From Octopus bimaculoides (Eukaryota): a DNA stretch of 63,926 bases. This document shows positions 37,303 through 50,635 of this stretch, piece after piece. The position numbers and the translations under genes were made by a program. The notes under the pieces were generated by a model, which saw only the letters and a program-made list of their open reading frames with translations, ran no database searches and was not told the DNA's origin. The stretch lies in the NCBI RefSeq assembly GCF_001194135.2, contig NC_068990.1, positions 60,309,312-60,373,237 of the forward strand, in the 5' to 3' direction. The first letter of the stretch is position 1. Each line of letters starts with the position of its first letter.

Positions 37303-37518
37303 CCCTTTAATATTTAAATGGCCATATCAGGCCTAAAGATTCTATCTGTCTTATATTCAAACTGGCCAGATTTGATCACTCACATTTACCCTGCAATGTC
37401 ATTGTAAGGAAAAACAAACATACCATCAATATCATAAAGCTACAAGATAATGCATGATTAATTTTTTGAAAATATGAATAAATAAATATTACATTTGACA
37501 GAGTAATTTCAATGCAAA
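37303..37518 (+). mobile_element. piggyBac-type MITE family 1
   Basis: TTAA+CCCTTTA..; collinear with the 36621 copy. Confidence 0.75.
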
Positions 37519-37540
37519 AAAAAAATAAGGAAAAATATTA

Positions 37541-37760
37541 AACCAAATTTTGGCACAAGGCCAGGTATTATAGATAAGAGGGAATTAGTCAATTACATCA
37601 AACCCAGTATTTGTCTGATACTTACTTTATTAACCTTGAAAGGATGAAAGGTCAATAAAGAAACTCAGTGGAAAAGGAACTCAGAATGTAAAGAGCTGGA
37701 AGAATGGCTACTGAGCACCTTGTCTGACATCCTAAGGATTCTGACAATTTGTCATCTTAA
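37541..37760 (-). mobile_element. Meta/MESC-like tRNA SINE (a second partial copy at ~37835-37975)
   Basis: Collinear with 188-396. Confidence 0.7.
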
Positions 37761-39690
37761 CTAGAACAAATAAGCACAATATACCTCTTCTGATATTTTA
37801 CTAATCCATCCAAACCTCCACACTGGACCGATACATTATTTTAGTGACCCTGAAAGATAAGAGACAAAGTTGAGGTTGGCAGGATTTGAACTCAATGCAG
37901 TAATTCAAATCAGATATTGAAAGGATTTCAGTCCTATACCTTAGAACTATGCCAATTTGCTGTCTAGCTGCAAAGTAACTCAAAGAAATACCGAAAATAG
38001 AAAAGAATTATATGGTGCTTTTTGTTTGTTATAATTTCCCTTTAGTTATGAGCTACTATGTTGTTCTTCATCTTCTTGTCTTTTGATATGGACACAACCC
38101 ATTTCACAAGGTCAATAAGAATGCACAGAACCCATTTCCTCAGGCCAGTGAGAATGCATGTGTTAAGGCAAATCTTTGAAGCTGATGAGTTCTGTTAAAT
38201 CAGGAACTTGAAGAGGTTCAGGAATGTTTCTACTAAAATATGGAATAAAGGAATCTGAAACAAGTGAATTTTTTAATTCATAAAAAAAAAAAAATTTATA
38301 TTTATTTATAAAATTTTTTTCTTAAACACTTGCCAAAAATCAAATATAATAGAGTATTTTATGGGTGAAATTGGGTCTAAAATTAATATAAAATATTCTA
38401 TAATTATTTAGTCCAAGATCAGAACTAAATGAGTAGATTTATGATAAATGGGCATACCATCCATGACCATCTCATCTTTTGTATGATAAGTTGTGATTTA
38501 AGAAATATTTATCTGCCATTTCTAGCAAATCAAGCAACCCCTGAGAGTTTCCTTTGTCAATTCATAAAATGTGCAACTTTACTGCAGAGGCCTATTGTTT
38601 TAGATACATTATAGTATTCAACAGAGAACTGATCAGAAGTTAAAAGATTGAAGAAGAATCTTTCCGAATTTGTTTAAAATGGAAATAGAAACAAAGAATA
38701 TTCCAGAATATCAGCAGGATTGCAACATAACTTCGAATAAGGCAAATAACACTTAAAGAAAACAAAGTGTTTTGATTAAACTTTTGTTTTCTCTGAAAAT
38801 AGAAAGTTATGCTTAGTTTGACTTTTTAGAAATATTATAGTTGTTAGCTTTGTAATATGATTTATGGAGAGGTATTCTTAGTTATGAGAAAATGTCACAA
38901 GAACAGAAAGATTAATAGAAATAATAAGATTTGTTTTATTCCAGAATGTTAAATAACAACATTTTGTTCCTTCAAGCAGCTATCAGTCGTAATGGTTTCT
39001 CTTCAAATATGTACAGTTATAGGGTAAGGAAAAATAAGCAAAGAAAAATGAACAAGATGACGGGAAGATGTATAAATAAAAAAAATAAAATAAATCATGA
39101 AGTAATTTTTTTTGTTTTGTTTTCTGCTATGGCAAATGTTTGACCACATACCTCAAACTTTACTAATCTTGAACCAATGTTATAGGAATCAAATTTCCCG
39201 CAAACCACACTTTACTGGCTGACAAGAAAAAGAATGTAGTTGTAGATATACAAAAATAAGAGGTCATGGTTGGGTTGCCTTTAATCCTAGCACTATTCAG
39301 TCAATGCATTAAAGTATAGCAACAACAAACCTGCCTATCTACTATGCTTCAGTAGTCTTGATAATTGAATTGTAAGTTTTTCTTTAGGTCTTCTCTGTAA
39401 AGTAGTTATGATTGGACATGCTGTAGGCGTAAACCTGAAGATTTTGATAACTTTAGGGTAAACATTTGTGTACTGATGGTGCTGCAGTTCTTCATCTCAT
39501 CAGGCAGTGATGCAACTCTGTAGATGTTTCAGTGCCTTCCACCATGACACCAGAGCCACCCTGGGGCCATCCACTAATGTAGATGATAAAACTCCACACA
39601 ATGGTATGAGCTTTGTTAAATCAAATGCTGTCACTCAGAGTCAGATGATTCTATCATCCACATTGCTCAGCCATGCTGCACTGCTTGTCT

Positions 39691-39741
39691 TGTCTCTTGA
39701 GTGAGATGTCTCTTGAGTGAGATGTCTCTTGAGTGAGATGT
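39691..39741. repeat. three exact tandem copies of the 16-mer TGTCTCTTGAGTGAGA
   Basis: Seen directly. Confidence 0.95.
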
Positions 39742-41187
39742 GCAGAACCAATAATCTCTGATTAACAGTATATTATATAGCATGAGAGTAAATTAAACAA
39801 CAAACTCAATATATTTCTTTTGGTCTAATTAGCTTAAACAATTTTTATAATAACTTTAAATGGTTTCAAATTTTTTGGCAAAGATCAGCAGTTTTGGAGG
39901 AGGAGGTAAAACAGTTACATCAACCTCAATATTGAAGATCTCTCTGCAATTTTCCTGATCATGAGTAGCCTCAAGTCAAACAGTGTAAGGTATTGATCTT
40001 TAAAGTTCTCCTATATGATCAGAGTACCAGATATTCATAGAAAGGTGATAAACAACTTGAATATTTTCATGTGATCTCAATGAAGTAATTGAAATACATT
40101 AACATGCCAAAATTATTATAAGGTCTTTAAGCAAGCCTGACACACTCACTGAAACAAAGCTCTCGAAATGCTGGGTATGATGGATCACTCTTATAATTAA
40201 GGTGAAAGATTCCCTACACCCTTGGAACAATGTTGTTCCAGGGTATATCTTAATAGCAATTGTCTTGGGAATTGATTCAGAACAAAACCTTGTAATAATG
40301 GATTATTAAACTAAGTATAATAAAATGTCTTCAAATATTGAAAATTTTATTCATCCTATCTGTAAAAAGTGAATTTATTCCTTGTTTCAATATCATAAGA
40401 TCTACGAAATCCATTTACTTGAGATAGTCATCTCCTTAGAGTAGTTGTACATAAACATTTTTCACTCACAACCGACTTTGGAGAAAATAAAATTATTTCA
40501 ATATGCTTGGTGTATGAAATAAAATATTTTCATTTAAAAAAGGATTTTATATATCCTATCCTATAAAGCTACATATAAAGTATCTACTTCTTTATTTAAA
40601 ACACAAACATTGGTTTACTTGCCATAAAATACATTGGAAATACACTTTAATATTTTTCAACAGCAATTAGTCTGCATACTGTGGAAGCACTTTGGCTATC
40701 CTTAATGTTTTCTCTTACTTAAACTACTGCTGCCTCCTGTCCTCTCTTTTACACTTTTCCAGCTATTGATATTTTATAAAAATGATTATTCCAAGTATAC
40801 CAGGCTGTAAATTAAATATTGAATGTAGAAATGAAACAAGAGCACATTTACAATCAAGTGTGGTGCCCCCTAGCAGAAAGATATTACAAGGGAGATAATC
40901 CTTTCTTCATAATATTTATTGGGATTAAGCATTTGAATTTGAAAGTAAGGATTAATGAAAATATTGCTTAGAATACAATTTTTTTTTTTTTTTCTGTTTT
41001 TGTTGTTAACTTATTACAAAGATTTTAAAATTTCTAGTCAGTGATATTCCTGAAAATCGTTTTTGAGCATATTCTCATGTTAAAAAAGCTGTTCCTATCA
41101 TAACTCAGCTATGACATCTGTAAAGCATAGTCTTATATGACACATGGCTACTGCAATGAAGTTATATCTTGTAATGAAATGAGTTAA

Positions 41188-41408
41188 CCCTTTCGTTACC
41201 AACCCGGCTGAAACCGTCTCTGGCTCTGTAGTACAAATATCTTGTTTTCATAAGTTTTGAATTAAAATATTCCACCAAATCTTCATCATAATTTATGTTC
41301 CTAACACTAGCTTAATGATAACTGAGTTATTTTACTAAATTCTCTGTTATATTTAAAATAAATGAAAAAAACACAGAGCATCTCAAAATAAATACGGTAA
41401 CAAAAGGG
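41188..41408 (+). mobile_element. piggyBac-type MITE family 2, intact
   Basis: TTAA TSDs at 41184-41187 and 41409-41412; TIRs CCCTTTCGTTACC / GGTAACAAAAGGG (12/13). Confidence 0.9.
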
Positions 41409-41481
41409 TTAAATCACTGAATATTGCACCTTTATGAAAAAGAATACTTAAAAGACAAACATACATACATACATACATACA

Positions 41482-42771
41482 ATACCCCACAATGCATTTG
41501 CAGTACCAGTGCTGATCCCAACATTTGGGATACTTGATTGGTCTGTAGAGGAAATCCACATAGGTATCAAAACATGCAAAATTCTGACATCAACTAGGAA
41601 CTTCCACAGAAACAGTGATGTTGACAGGCTCTACCTAAGAAGAAATGAAGCTGGCCTTCAAATACCGTATGGTATCACTCAGGCAGCACCTGCTAAACAA
41701 CAGCAGCAATAATAAATATATCAATGCAGTCCTGAAAAGTGAAGTGAGCAACATTGTATGAGTTGGCAGTGAACACCTCAAGAAATACTCTCTTTCTGAT
41801 GATCTCCTATACAGCACCAAAACAGCTGGGCTCTCTTACCTCAGAGAAGACCTGGATGGAAAGCACTCAGCATACAAAAAAGAAAGACCAAACATGGTTA
41901 TGTTGCCAGGAAGCTTGAAGAAGACAGTAGAATTGACATGAAGCACAGCCTTTCTTGGACACAAGACCTCTACATCACATCACACTTTGAAGGCTATGCA
42001 TTTGCAATCCAGGAACAGGAGATCGCCACAAAGTACCTGGTAAACAAGAGAGACAGTGACGTTCTTGTAATCCCAAGGTGCAACTGCATGTGCAACTGCT
42101 ATGTCATGTTTTTGCAGAAGACATTACACATGTGATTAGTTGCTGCTCTAAAATTTTGCCACAGTACTACCTCCCAATGCAGCACAATGTTGTTGCCAAA
42201 GCAGTTTACAATGCCATCCACAAAAAAGACTGTCCTGAAATAAACTTAGAAAATCCCTCTGTTGTGGAATCCATTCTTAAACACCAACTCAAGGAATACT
42301 GGTAGAATATTCCCATCAAAATGTTTGTTAAATGTAAGCATAACAGGCCAGATATTGTTGTTTGGGATAGAGAGGAAAAGGTATGTACCATCATAGAGGC
42401 TAGCTGCCCTACAGTTATAAATATCTCTTTGAAAATCAAAGAAAAAGAGGATATCTATGGACAACTACTTTGAAGTCTCCAGCTTCTATGTCCAGGCTAT
42501 GAATTCATGTTCAAACCAATAATAATCGGAGCACTAGGTTTTGTTAATAAATGCTTAAAAGAGAATCTTGGTAAACTGGGATTTTCAGAAAGAGAAACTG
42601 ACCAGCTGATTCATACATTGCAAGTGCAATCTGTGAGTGTAACAGTAAAAATATGAAAGACTTTTCTCAAGTTACAAATGTGAATTTGTGTTAACTATAT
42701 GGAGCCTTGTATCTTTGTTGAAAACCAGCTCCCTCCTCAGTGGAAAATTTATGATTATAAAAATAAAAGAG
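41482..42771 (+). mobile_element. 5'-truncated R4/Dong-like retrotransposon (RLE domain and 3' end)
   Basis: AFAVPVLIPTFGILDWSVEEI..FHRNSDVDRLYL; HFEGYAFAIQEQEIATKYL; EDITHVISCC..QHNVVAK; CKHNRPDIVVWDREEKVCTIIE (PD..(D/E)xK-type nuclease); PIIIGALG; AATAAA at 42762. Confidence 0.9.
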
Positions 42772-43019
42772 ACATACATATATGTATGATTTCAACTCAC
42801 ATCTGGTATTGGGATTCCCAAACAATAATGTAACTTTCATGCAATTAAGTTATCCTTGGCCTAATGAATAGCTTTAAGTAATTATTACATCAGAGGATCA
42901 GATAGCTGTGAAACATATGTAGCTTGGGTTTTACCCATTCCACAGCCACAATTTGGATTTTTATATATATGTATATGTATATATGCATATATGTATGTAT
43001 ATACATATGTATGTGTGTG

Positions 43020-43320
43020 TGAAAGCACATGGCCTAGTAGTTAAGGTGTTGCGCTCATGGTCTAGCTATCGTGATTTCAATTCCTAGACCAGGTGGTGCA
43101 TCGTGTTCTTGAGCAAAACACTTCACCTCATGTTGTTCTGCAATCAGTTTGACACCTGATGCATGGCACACCATGCACCTGTTCAAACAATGTTGATTTG
43201 ATGGAGAGAGTGAGCTAATGCGTGGCATGAACATTTGACCACTATTAACAAATCATTTGTGCAGGTCATTCAGCAAAGAGCTGAAGACTCATATGCCATC
43301 TTCGACAAGAGAGTCCATCA
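43020..43320 (+). mobile_element. tRNA-derived SINE (family C-related head)
   Basis: GCACATGGCCTAGTAGTTAAGGTG..TGTTCTTGAGCAAAACACTT. Confidence 0.7.
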
Positions 43321-43325
43321 TGTGC

Positions 43326-43356
<31 letters not shown>

Positions 43357-43379
43357 TGCGTGTATGTATGTATGTGACA

Positions 43380-43585
43380 CATAAAAGGCCCCCATGCCAG
43401 TGACACATGAAAAGCATCTACTACACTCTCAGAGTGGTTGGTGTTAGGAAGGGCATCCAGCAGTAGAAACTAAGCCAAGATCAGACTGGAGCCAGGTTCA
43501 GCTCTCCAGCTTACCAGCTCCAGTCAAACCATCTAACTCATGCTAGTATGGAAAACGAACACTAAATGATGATGATGATGATGAT
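43380..43585 (+). mobile_element. family B RTE-tail repeat
   Basis: AAAGCATCTACTACACTCTCAGAGTGGTTGGTGTTAGGAAGGGCATCCAGC..(GAT)n. Confidence 0.85.
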
Positions 43586-43635
<50 letters not shown>

Positions 43636-44844
43636 TGTAAAGTTATGTACTATAGAGATGTCAGAAAATTATGATTTATTGGTGGGACAACGGGCAAAAT
43701 CCTTATAATGATGTATTAGCCAATAATTATCCCCAGTCAACAAGACAAATAAGAATAAAGAAAGAAATATGACAAAAGTTATACTCTCCAAGAAAAGGAA
43801 TATACCAATTCTCAGAGCTAAAGGTGGTTGTATAAAATATTAATTAAAATAAATTCTCATTTTACTTTGATGTAGAAAATTCTTTTATTAAAAAAGAACA
43901 TTTTTTTAGTTTTGTTGGCAAAAAAATTATGAGTGCAATTTATTATTTATATTCGTATGTTATTAACATTTCTAAGGTGCTATTCATTTATTTATTCAAA
44001 CTCATATCAGAAAACCTAAAATTTTCACTTTTTATTTCAAAACATTCTATCTCAGTAACTGTAAATTAAGTAGATGGTGGAACACTACTTCATCTCCGAC
44101 TTTTTGTAGTTATACGTCTATATGAGATGCTTTCTTGAAATGAATACTACATTTTTGTGGCTTTCTGCAGTATATCTACATTAAGTAAGATACATAGTAT
44201 GAAATTTTGAACTAATACTGCTTTTGTTGCTAATAATGAATAACTTTATTATTTCTACAAGGCATCTAGTCGTATCTCATGGCACACACCAGTGCATCAC
44301 AGAACACTGGGAACTAATACTATAAGAACAATAAGAGGATATTTCCTGCTGGCAACCTTAACAATACAATCAGATATTCTCTGGATGTGAGAAGATGATG
44401 TATGTTTCCTTGCTATAGCAAGAAACATGGAAGGATTAATGTAATATGAAATAAAGCAAACATAATTTTGAATAGAAATCAATGCCACTTCAACAGTAGA
44501 CAGTATTGTCTTTGATGCTATATTGTACAATAAAATATATTTATTTAATAGACAGAATAAACAACTTGTTGTTATATATAATATATTTATGTCTTACGTA
44601 AATCAGCTTGACTAATTTGCATACTTTAACACATTCTTGGCTACTCATTCTGTTAATAAATCAGTGTTGATGTGTTATAATTCAATGCTGATCATTCTTT
44701 TTCAGTCTACCAAGATACTGTACATAACAACAAGGTGTTTACAGCTGTCTTTTAAATACAGTGTTGAATAAAGTCTATAGATATATTCTACAGCACATAA
44801 ACTGTTAACATATGAACTGTTAACACATCGTTAATATGTTGTTA

Positions 44845-45265
44845 GTGAAGGCACGTGGCAAAGTGGTTACAGTTTTTAGCTCAAGATCGTTTGATACCTA
44901 GTGGTGTATTGTGCTCTTCAGCAAGACTCTTTATTTCACATTGCTCCTGTCCACTCAGCTGTCAGAATTGAGTTGTACTTGTAATACGAAGGGTCAGTCT
45001 TGTCACATTGTGTGTCATGCTGAATGTCTGTGTGTGTGTATGTATGTGTGTGTTTCTGTATCTTTGTTTGTCCTCCCACCATCGCTTGACAACCGATGAG
45101 GGTATGTTTACATCCCTGTAACTTCGTGGTTCAGCAAAAGAGAACGATAGAATAAGTACTAGGCTTACAAAGAATGAGTCCTGGAGTTGATTTGTTCAAT
45201 TGAAAGCGATGCTCCAGCATGGCTGTAGTCAAATGACTGAAACAAATAAAAGAGTAAAAGAGATA
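44845..45265 (+). mobile_element. SINE with a family C-like head joined to a family A 3' half
   Basis: GGCACGTGGCAAAGTGG head at 44848, then the TTTGTCCTCCCACCATCGCTTGACAACCGATG..GACTGAAACAAATAAAAGAG tail. Confidence 0.7.
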
Positions 45266-45282
45266 CATACGTATATATTGAG

Positions 45283-45722
45283 TTCAAATTTAGGCACAAG
45301 GCTAGTAATTTCAGTGGAAGAGGTTATTCAATTACATCGACCCCAGTACTAGTCTGGTGCTTATTTTATCGATCCAAAAAGGATGAAAGGCAAAGTTGAC
45401 ACTGGCGGAATTTGAATTGAGAACATAAAGATAGCCAAAATGCTGTTAAGCATTTCACCTGGTGTGCTAACGATTCTTATTTCTTTACTGTCCACAAGGG
45501 ACTATACACAAAGGGAACAAACAAGGACAGACAAACGGATTAAGTCAATTATATCGACCCCAGTGCGTAACTGGTACTTATTTAATTGACCCTCAAAGGA
45601 TGAAAGGCAAAGTCAACCTCGGCGGAATTTGAACTCAGAACGCAGTGGCAGACGAGATACCGCTAAGCATTTCGCCCGGTGTGCTAACGTTTCTGCCAGC
45701 TCGCCGCTAACGATTCTGCCAA
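45283..45722 (-). mobile_element. two tandem Meta/MESC-like SINEs (older 45283-45476, younger 45478-45722)
   Basis: Each has AAAGGATGAAAGGCAAAGT.GAC and GGCGGAATTTGAA on the plus strand. Confidence 0.85.
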
Positions 45723-46044
45723 CAGACAGCCTTACATGCATATATATTCACACACACACATACACACACACAAAAAAAATAAATTGTGTAGTCAAGAATT
45801 TTGTTTCTGAATCATGAGGCTTAAGGTTTGTTTCCAGTGTGTGGACACTGTCTGCTATCAGAGCCACAGTTTGGCTAATGCCTTGTAACTGAAATTTCTT
45901 AAATAGAAACTGTGAGAAACCCATTTTGTGTGTGTGTCTGTATCTGTGAGTGTGTGTGAGTGTGAGTGTATGTGTGTGAGTGTATGTGTGTGTGTGTGCG
46001 TGTGTGCACATGCGCATTTGTATTTTCTTCATGTCAAACGTATG

Positions 46045-46320
46045 CATGATAATTCATCATCATCATCCTCATTTACCATCCATTGTTCATGCTGGCATGG
46101 GTTGGATGGGTTGACCAAAGCTGGCAAACTGGCGAGTTGCATCAGGCTCCAGTCTGATTTAAAATGGTTTCTATGGCTGGATGCCCTTTCTAATGCCAAC
46201 CACTTTACAGAGTGTGTTGGGTGCTTTATGTAACGCCACACAAGTGCTAATACATGGCACCAGCACGAATGTTTTTTATGTGGTACTGGCACAGAACTCT
46301 CACAGGCCAATCCTCTTCAC
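46045..46320 (-). mobile_element. family B RTE-tail repeat
   Basis: (CAT)n, then CATGCTGGCATGGGTTGGA..GGATGCCCTTTCTAATGCCAACCAC. Confidence 0.82.
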
Positions 46321-46414
46321 CAGGGGAAGTGGCCTCACCACTTCTACTGTGGAGTAATTGTAAATAAAAGTCACATTCATATAAAAAGAGTTATTTATTC
46401 TTTTTGTTTTTTTT

Positions 46415-46800
46415 ATTCTTTTACTTGTTTCAGCCATTTTACTGTAACCATGCTGAAGCACCACCTTGAAGGGATTTAGCTGAACAAATCGACTCCAGAG
46501 CTACTTTTTAAAGCCTAGTACTTATTCTATCATTCACTTCTGCTGAACCGCTAAGTTATGAGGACATAAACACACCAACACCTGTTGATGAGTGATAACA
46601 GGATGAGAAACACAGACTCAAAGACACACACACACACACACATGATGGGCTTCTTTCAGTTTTCGTCTACCAAATCCACTCACAAGACTTTGGTCAGCCT
46701 GAGGTTATAGTGGAAGACACTTACCCTAGGTGCCATGTAGTGGGACTGAACCCAGAATTATGTGTTTGGGAAGCAAGTTTCTTACCACACATGCCTGCAC
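46415..46800 (-). mobile_element. SINE family A, full length
   Basis: Head and tail present. Confidence 0.87.
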
Positions 46801-46959
46801 TTGTCTACAATCCTCAGTGAAAGAATCTTACCCTACTTTGAAACAGGTGAGGGTTGGGGACAAGAAAAATATCTGCCCATAGAAAAAAAACTTGCCTCAA
46901 ACAAGCTTCCTTTTGAGTCATCCAAGCATGGGAAAATGGATATTAAAAGGGCGACAACG

Positions 46960-47120
46960 ATGCTGAAGATGGCAATGATGATGATAATGGTGGTGGTGGT
47001 GGCAGCGGCGGTGGCAGTGATGATGATGATGATGATGACAATGATGATGACTATGATGGTGGTGGTGGTGGTGGTGGTGGTGGTGGTGGTAATGGCGGTG
47101 GGGATGATGATAATGATATA
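46960..47120. repeat. compound (GAT/GGT)n repeat
   Basis: Seen directly. Confidence 0.95.
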
Positions 47121-47270
47121 TGGATTTCTCTTCTCGTGTAGAAATATGGAACTTTAATATTTTTACACTGGAGTTCCACTACGATACAGTAGTTTTCTCA
47201 TGCTTCTTTTCCCTTTTTTTGTTTTTCTTCTTCCCTTATATTTTCCTATTCTCTTACAACTAATTTACAG

Positions 47271-47483
47271 CTAGCTATATGCTATACTGTCTTGCTCATA
47301 ATCAACACAGCCGAATGCATATAAGCTTATCATTTCCTTGTGAGCATAACCAGTTTGATATGTACTAAAACCAATTTCAATTGTTTCTTCATTATTTCCA
47401 GCTAAATTAATATATTTGAGAATATTCAACGTTTTAAATATGCCATGATCATAGACAATCAATCTATTTTCCACAAAAATCAC
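47271..47483 (-). pseudogene. short ORF with one 24-aa leucine-rich-repeat-like unit
   Basis: NRLIVYDHGIFKTLNILKYINLAGN fits NxLxxLPxGxFxxLxxLxxLxLxxN except at L6/P7; no credible splice sites. Confidence 0.25.
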
Positions 47484-48185
47484 TTACCTTGTTTTATTGC
47501 TTCAAATTAAATTACCCATCCCTTGTCATTTCTCCTCTTAATCAGGCAATGTCTTTTAATCTTTAACTTCATTATTCTTTGATCTTTCAATTCCTTTTAT
47601 AAAATTATTATTTCTAGGACAGAGACTGAAAATCCTTAATGTTTTGTTTTTTTGTGTATTTTTTCTTTCTGTTTTTTTTTTCTTTTCTATTTAATCTTGT
47701 TTTTGAATTCTAGATTTCAGATATTTTATAATGAAATAAACATTACTTTGTAGCAATATTATAAATAAACACAATTAATGTGCATAACCATTTTGTGAAG
47801 CTTGTGACGTGTCCTCGTTATACAACTATTGTTTATTTATGGTAACCGGTAACTTGAAAGTAATAAATTACAATTAAAAAAATATTTATAATCTCATAAA
47901 AAAATATCTTAGCTGGTTTAAATTTGCATTGATTTTCATTAGTCTGCTGATGAATTTTCATAAAGTATTTGATTAGTGAAGCTAAATATTTTAAAATTAT
48001 CAAATAGTTCACAACTTTTATAAAACAAGTTTGAATAATAAATTGTAATTCAAAATTAGAACCATTATATGAGTGTCTTAACAAATTTGTTTATATGAAA
48101 GACACTTTAAATTAGTGTCAACATAAACTTTTATTTAAGAAACCCTAATTCCTGGAGTACACACATATATATATATATATATATA

Positions 48186-48352
48186 TGGGGTGGCTACGTG
48201 GTAAGAAGTTTTCTTCCATACCAAATGGTTCTGTGTTCAGTCTCATTGTATGGCACCTTGGGCAAGTGCCTTCTATTATAGCCATGGAGGTGATCAAATA
48301 CTTGTGAGTTGATTTGGTAGACAGAAACTGAAAGAAGCCCATTCTGTGTGTG

Positions 48353-48403
<51 letters not shown>

Positions 48404-48620
48404 GTGTGTGTGTGTGTGTGTGTATGTGTTTTTTTCCCTTCTGTCAATGCTTGACAACTGATGCTGGTATGTTTACATTCCTGTTACTTAGCAGTTCAGC
48501 AAGTGAACTAATAGAATAAATACTAAAATGGTAATGAAGTCAATTCTTTTGACTAAAATTCCTCAAGGCAATGCCCCAGCATGGCTACAGTCAAATGACT
48601 AAAACAAGTAAAAGATAAAA
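48186..48620 (+). mobile_element. SINE family A, full length, with an internal (CA)n/(TG)n inverted microsatellite
   Basis: Head, linker, tail. Confidence 0.85.
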
Positions 48621-48621
48621 C

Positions 48622-48666
<45 letters not shown>

Positions 48667-50635
48667 CTTACAATGAAAGTAAACAAAGTTTGTTTTAGAA
48701 GCATTGAGATGTATTGAAAGATACAGAAATGAATTCTTTTTTATTTCTCAAACGNNNNNNNNNNNNNNNNNNNNNNNNNNNNNNNNNNNNNNNNNNNNNN
48801 NNNNNNNNNNNNNNNNNNNNNNNNNNNNNNNNNNNNNNNNNNNNNNNNNNNNNNNNNNNNNNNNNNNNNNNNNNNNNNNNNNNNNNNNNNNNNNNNNNNN
48901 NNNNNNNNNNNNNNNNNNNNNNNNNNNNNNNATATATATATATATATATAACTGAAACCAACGGTCCTTCAGCAACAACACACATTGATAAACTCAGTGA
49001 CTACTACTAAATTCAGGCCACAGCAGACAGAGAGGATGTTCTTGGAGTCAGGAATTTGAACTTATAGAAACTAAATTTACATATTGCCTGAGGAAACACA
49101 ACTAGAACTCATAATGCAGGGAAACAGTTGCATCATCAAGTACCTGCATGCCTGGAGAACTACATTGCATAGAAACAATTGTAGTGATTGAAAATAAATG
49201 TCCAACTGTACTCCTTCTTGTTGACTCAAAATTTTTTCAATTATCTATTCACACACGACGAATGCTCAAACAAAAATCTTTTAATATGCATAATACTACT
49301 ACTGGATAACATAGGGTGAAATCTGAAGGTGGATGTGCTTTACGCTGTACTCTANNNNNNNNNNNNNNNNNNNNNNNNNNNNNNNNNNNNNNNNNNNNNN
49401 NNNNNNNNNNNNNNNNNNNNNNNNNNNNNNNNNNNNNNNNNNNNNNNNNNNNNNNNNNNNNNNNNNNNNNNNNNNNNNNNNNNNNNNNNNNNNNNNNNNN
49501 NNNNNNNNNNNNNNNNNNNNNNNNNNNNNNNNNNNNNNNNNNNNNNNNNNNNNNNNNNNNNNNNNNNNNNNNNNNNNNNNNNNNNNNNNNNNNNNNNNNN
49601 NNNNNNNNNNNNNNNNNNNNNNNNNNNNNNNNNNNNNNNNNNNNNNNNNNNNNNNNNNNNNNNNNNNNNNNNNNNNNNNNNNNNNNNNNNNNNNNNNNNN
49701 NNNNNNNNNNNNNNNNNATATATATATATATATATATATATAATTATATATACAGGGTGCAATGGGTAAACTGTCACCAATTTATATTTTTACTTTCACA
49801 CATGTGAAAACACTCCCCACTGTGAGCAAGATGCATTAGATTAGCATGCTAATAGGAAATTAATACTCATCAGTAATGCTCACTTCATCACAGCTAGCAG
49901 AGGCCAACTCACCCTGTCACTATTATGGAGAATGTCATTGGAATCAGTTACTGATTTCACAAAATGGCAATGTGAAAATTATAAATTAATCAAGGTGGCT
50001 AACAGCAATATAAAACCAACAAAGAAGTAATTCACCGTCACTATATATAAACTGATGCAGATTATGATCAAGGACTACTAAAAATAAACAAAAAAAATCT
50101 AGCATCTCATCCACATCTCCACGCGAGCTGCAATGGGTTTTGTGAACATGTAGTTTGTACAATTTTCATGGGTAGGGAGGAGGTGGGACATTTCATTGCA
50201 GTATCTAATAACCATATTTTGTTTATAGAAATCACACCGATAGTAGTTTAACATTTGTTATTAGGTTGTTCTAAATTCATGGAAAAATTGCTTATAATTT
50301 GAAGCCTTGTTATCAAACTTTTGAAAATAGGGACACTACCTTGATAGGTGACACATTAGTAGTGGGGATGAATAACTGAGATGAGTGATGGAATGATAGT
50401 CGGAATTTAGTAAGTTCAGAACTAAAGGTTTGCTTATTTGTTATTTCATTAAAGACTGTTGTTTTGGCTGTGCACACTTAATCATGAGTGGAATATATAT
50501 AACAAACAACGAGATCCCAAAATGAACACCATCAAGATTGATATTGATTCGTAAGTTTGAGATGCAATCATTTCAGATTCTTTTTCTTTCTCCTCATGCT
50601 CGAAGTTACATTTAAACAACTGTGCAATGTCACAG

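Noticed and set aside
38440-38560. Minus-strand LLDLLEMADKYF, resembling a BTB-domain helix
   Set aside because: Bounded by in-frame stops, no other BTB motifs, no usable splice pair
39691-39741. CRISPR-like direct repeats
   Set aside because: No spacers, eukaryotic context, no cas genes
44297-44530. Hydrophobic ORF with INPSMF, resembling GPCR TM7
   Set aside because: No NPxxY, no other TM motifs, closed by stops
47481-47620. Consensus minus-strand donor AAG|GTAAGT with upstream acceptors
   Set aside because: All three frames of the implied exon contain stops; at most a UTR exon
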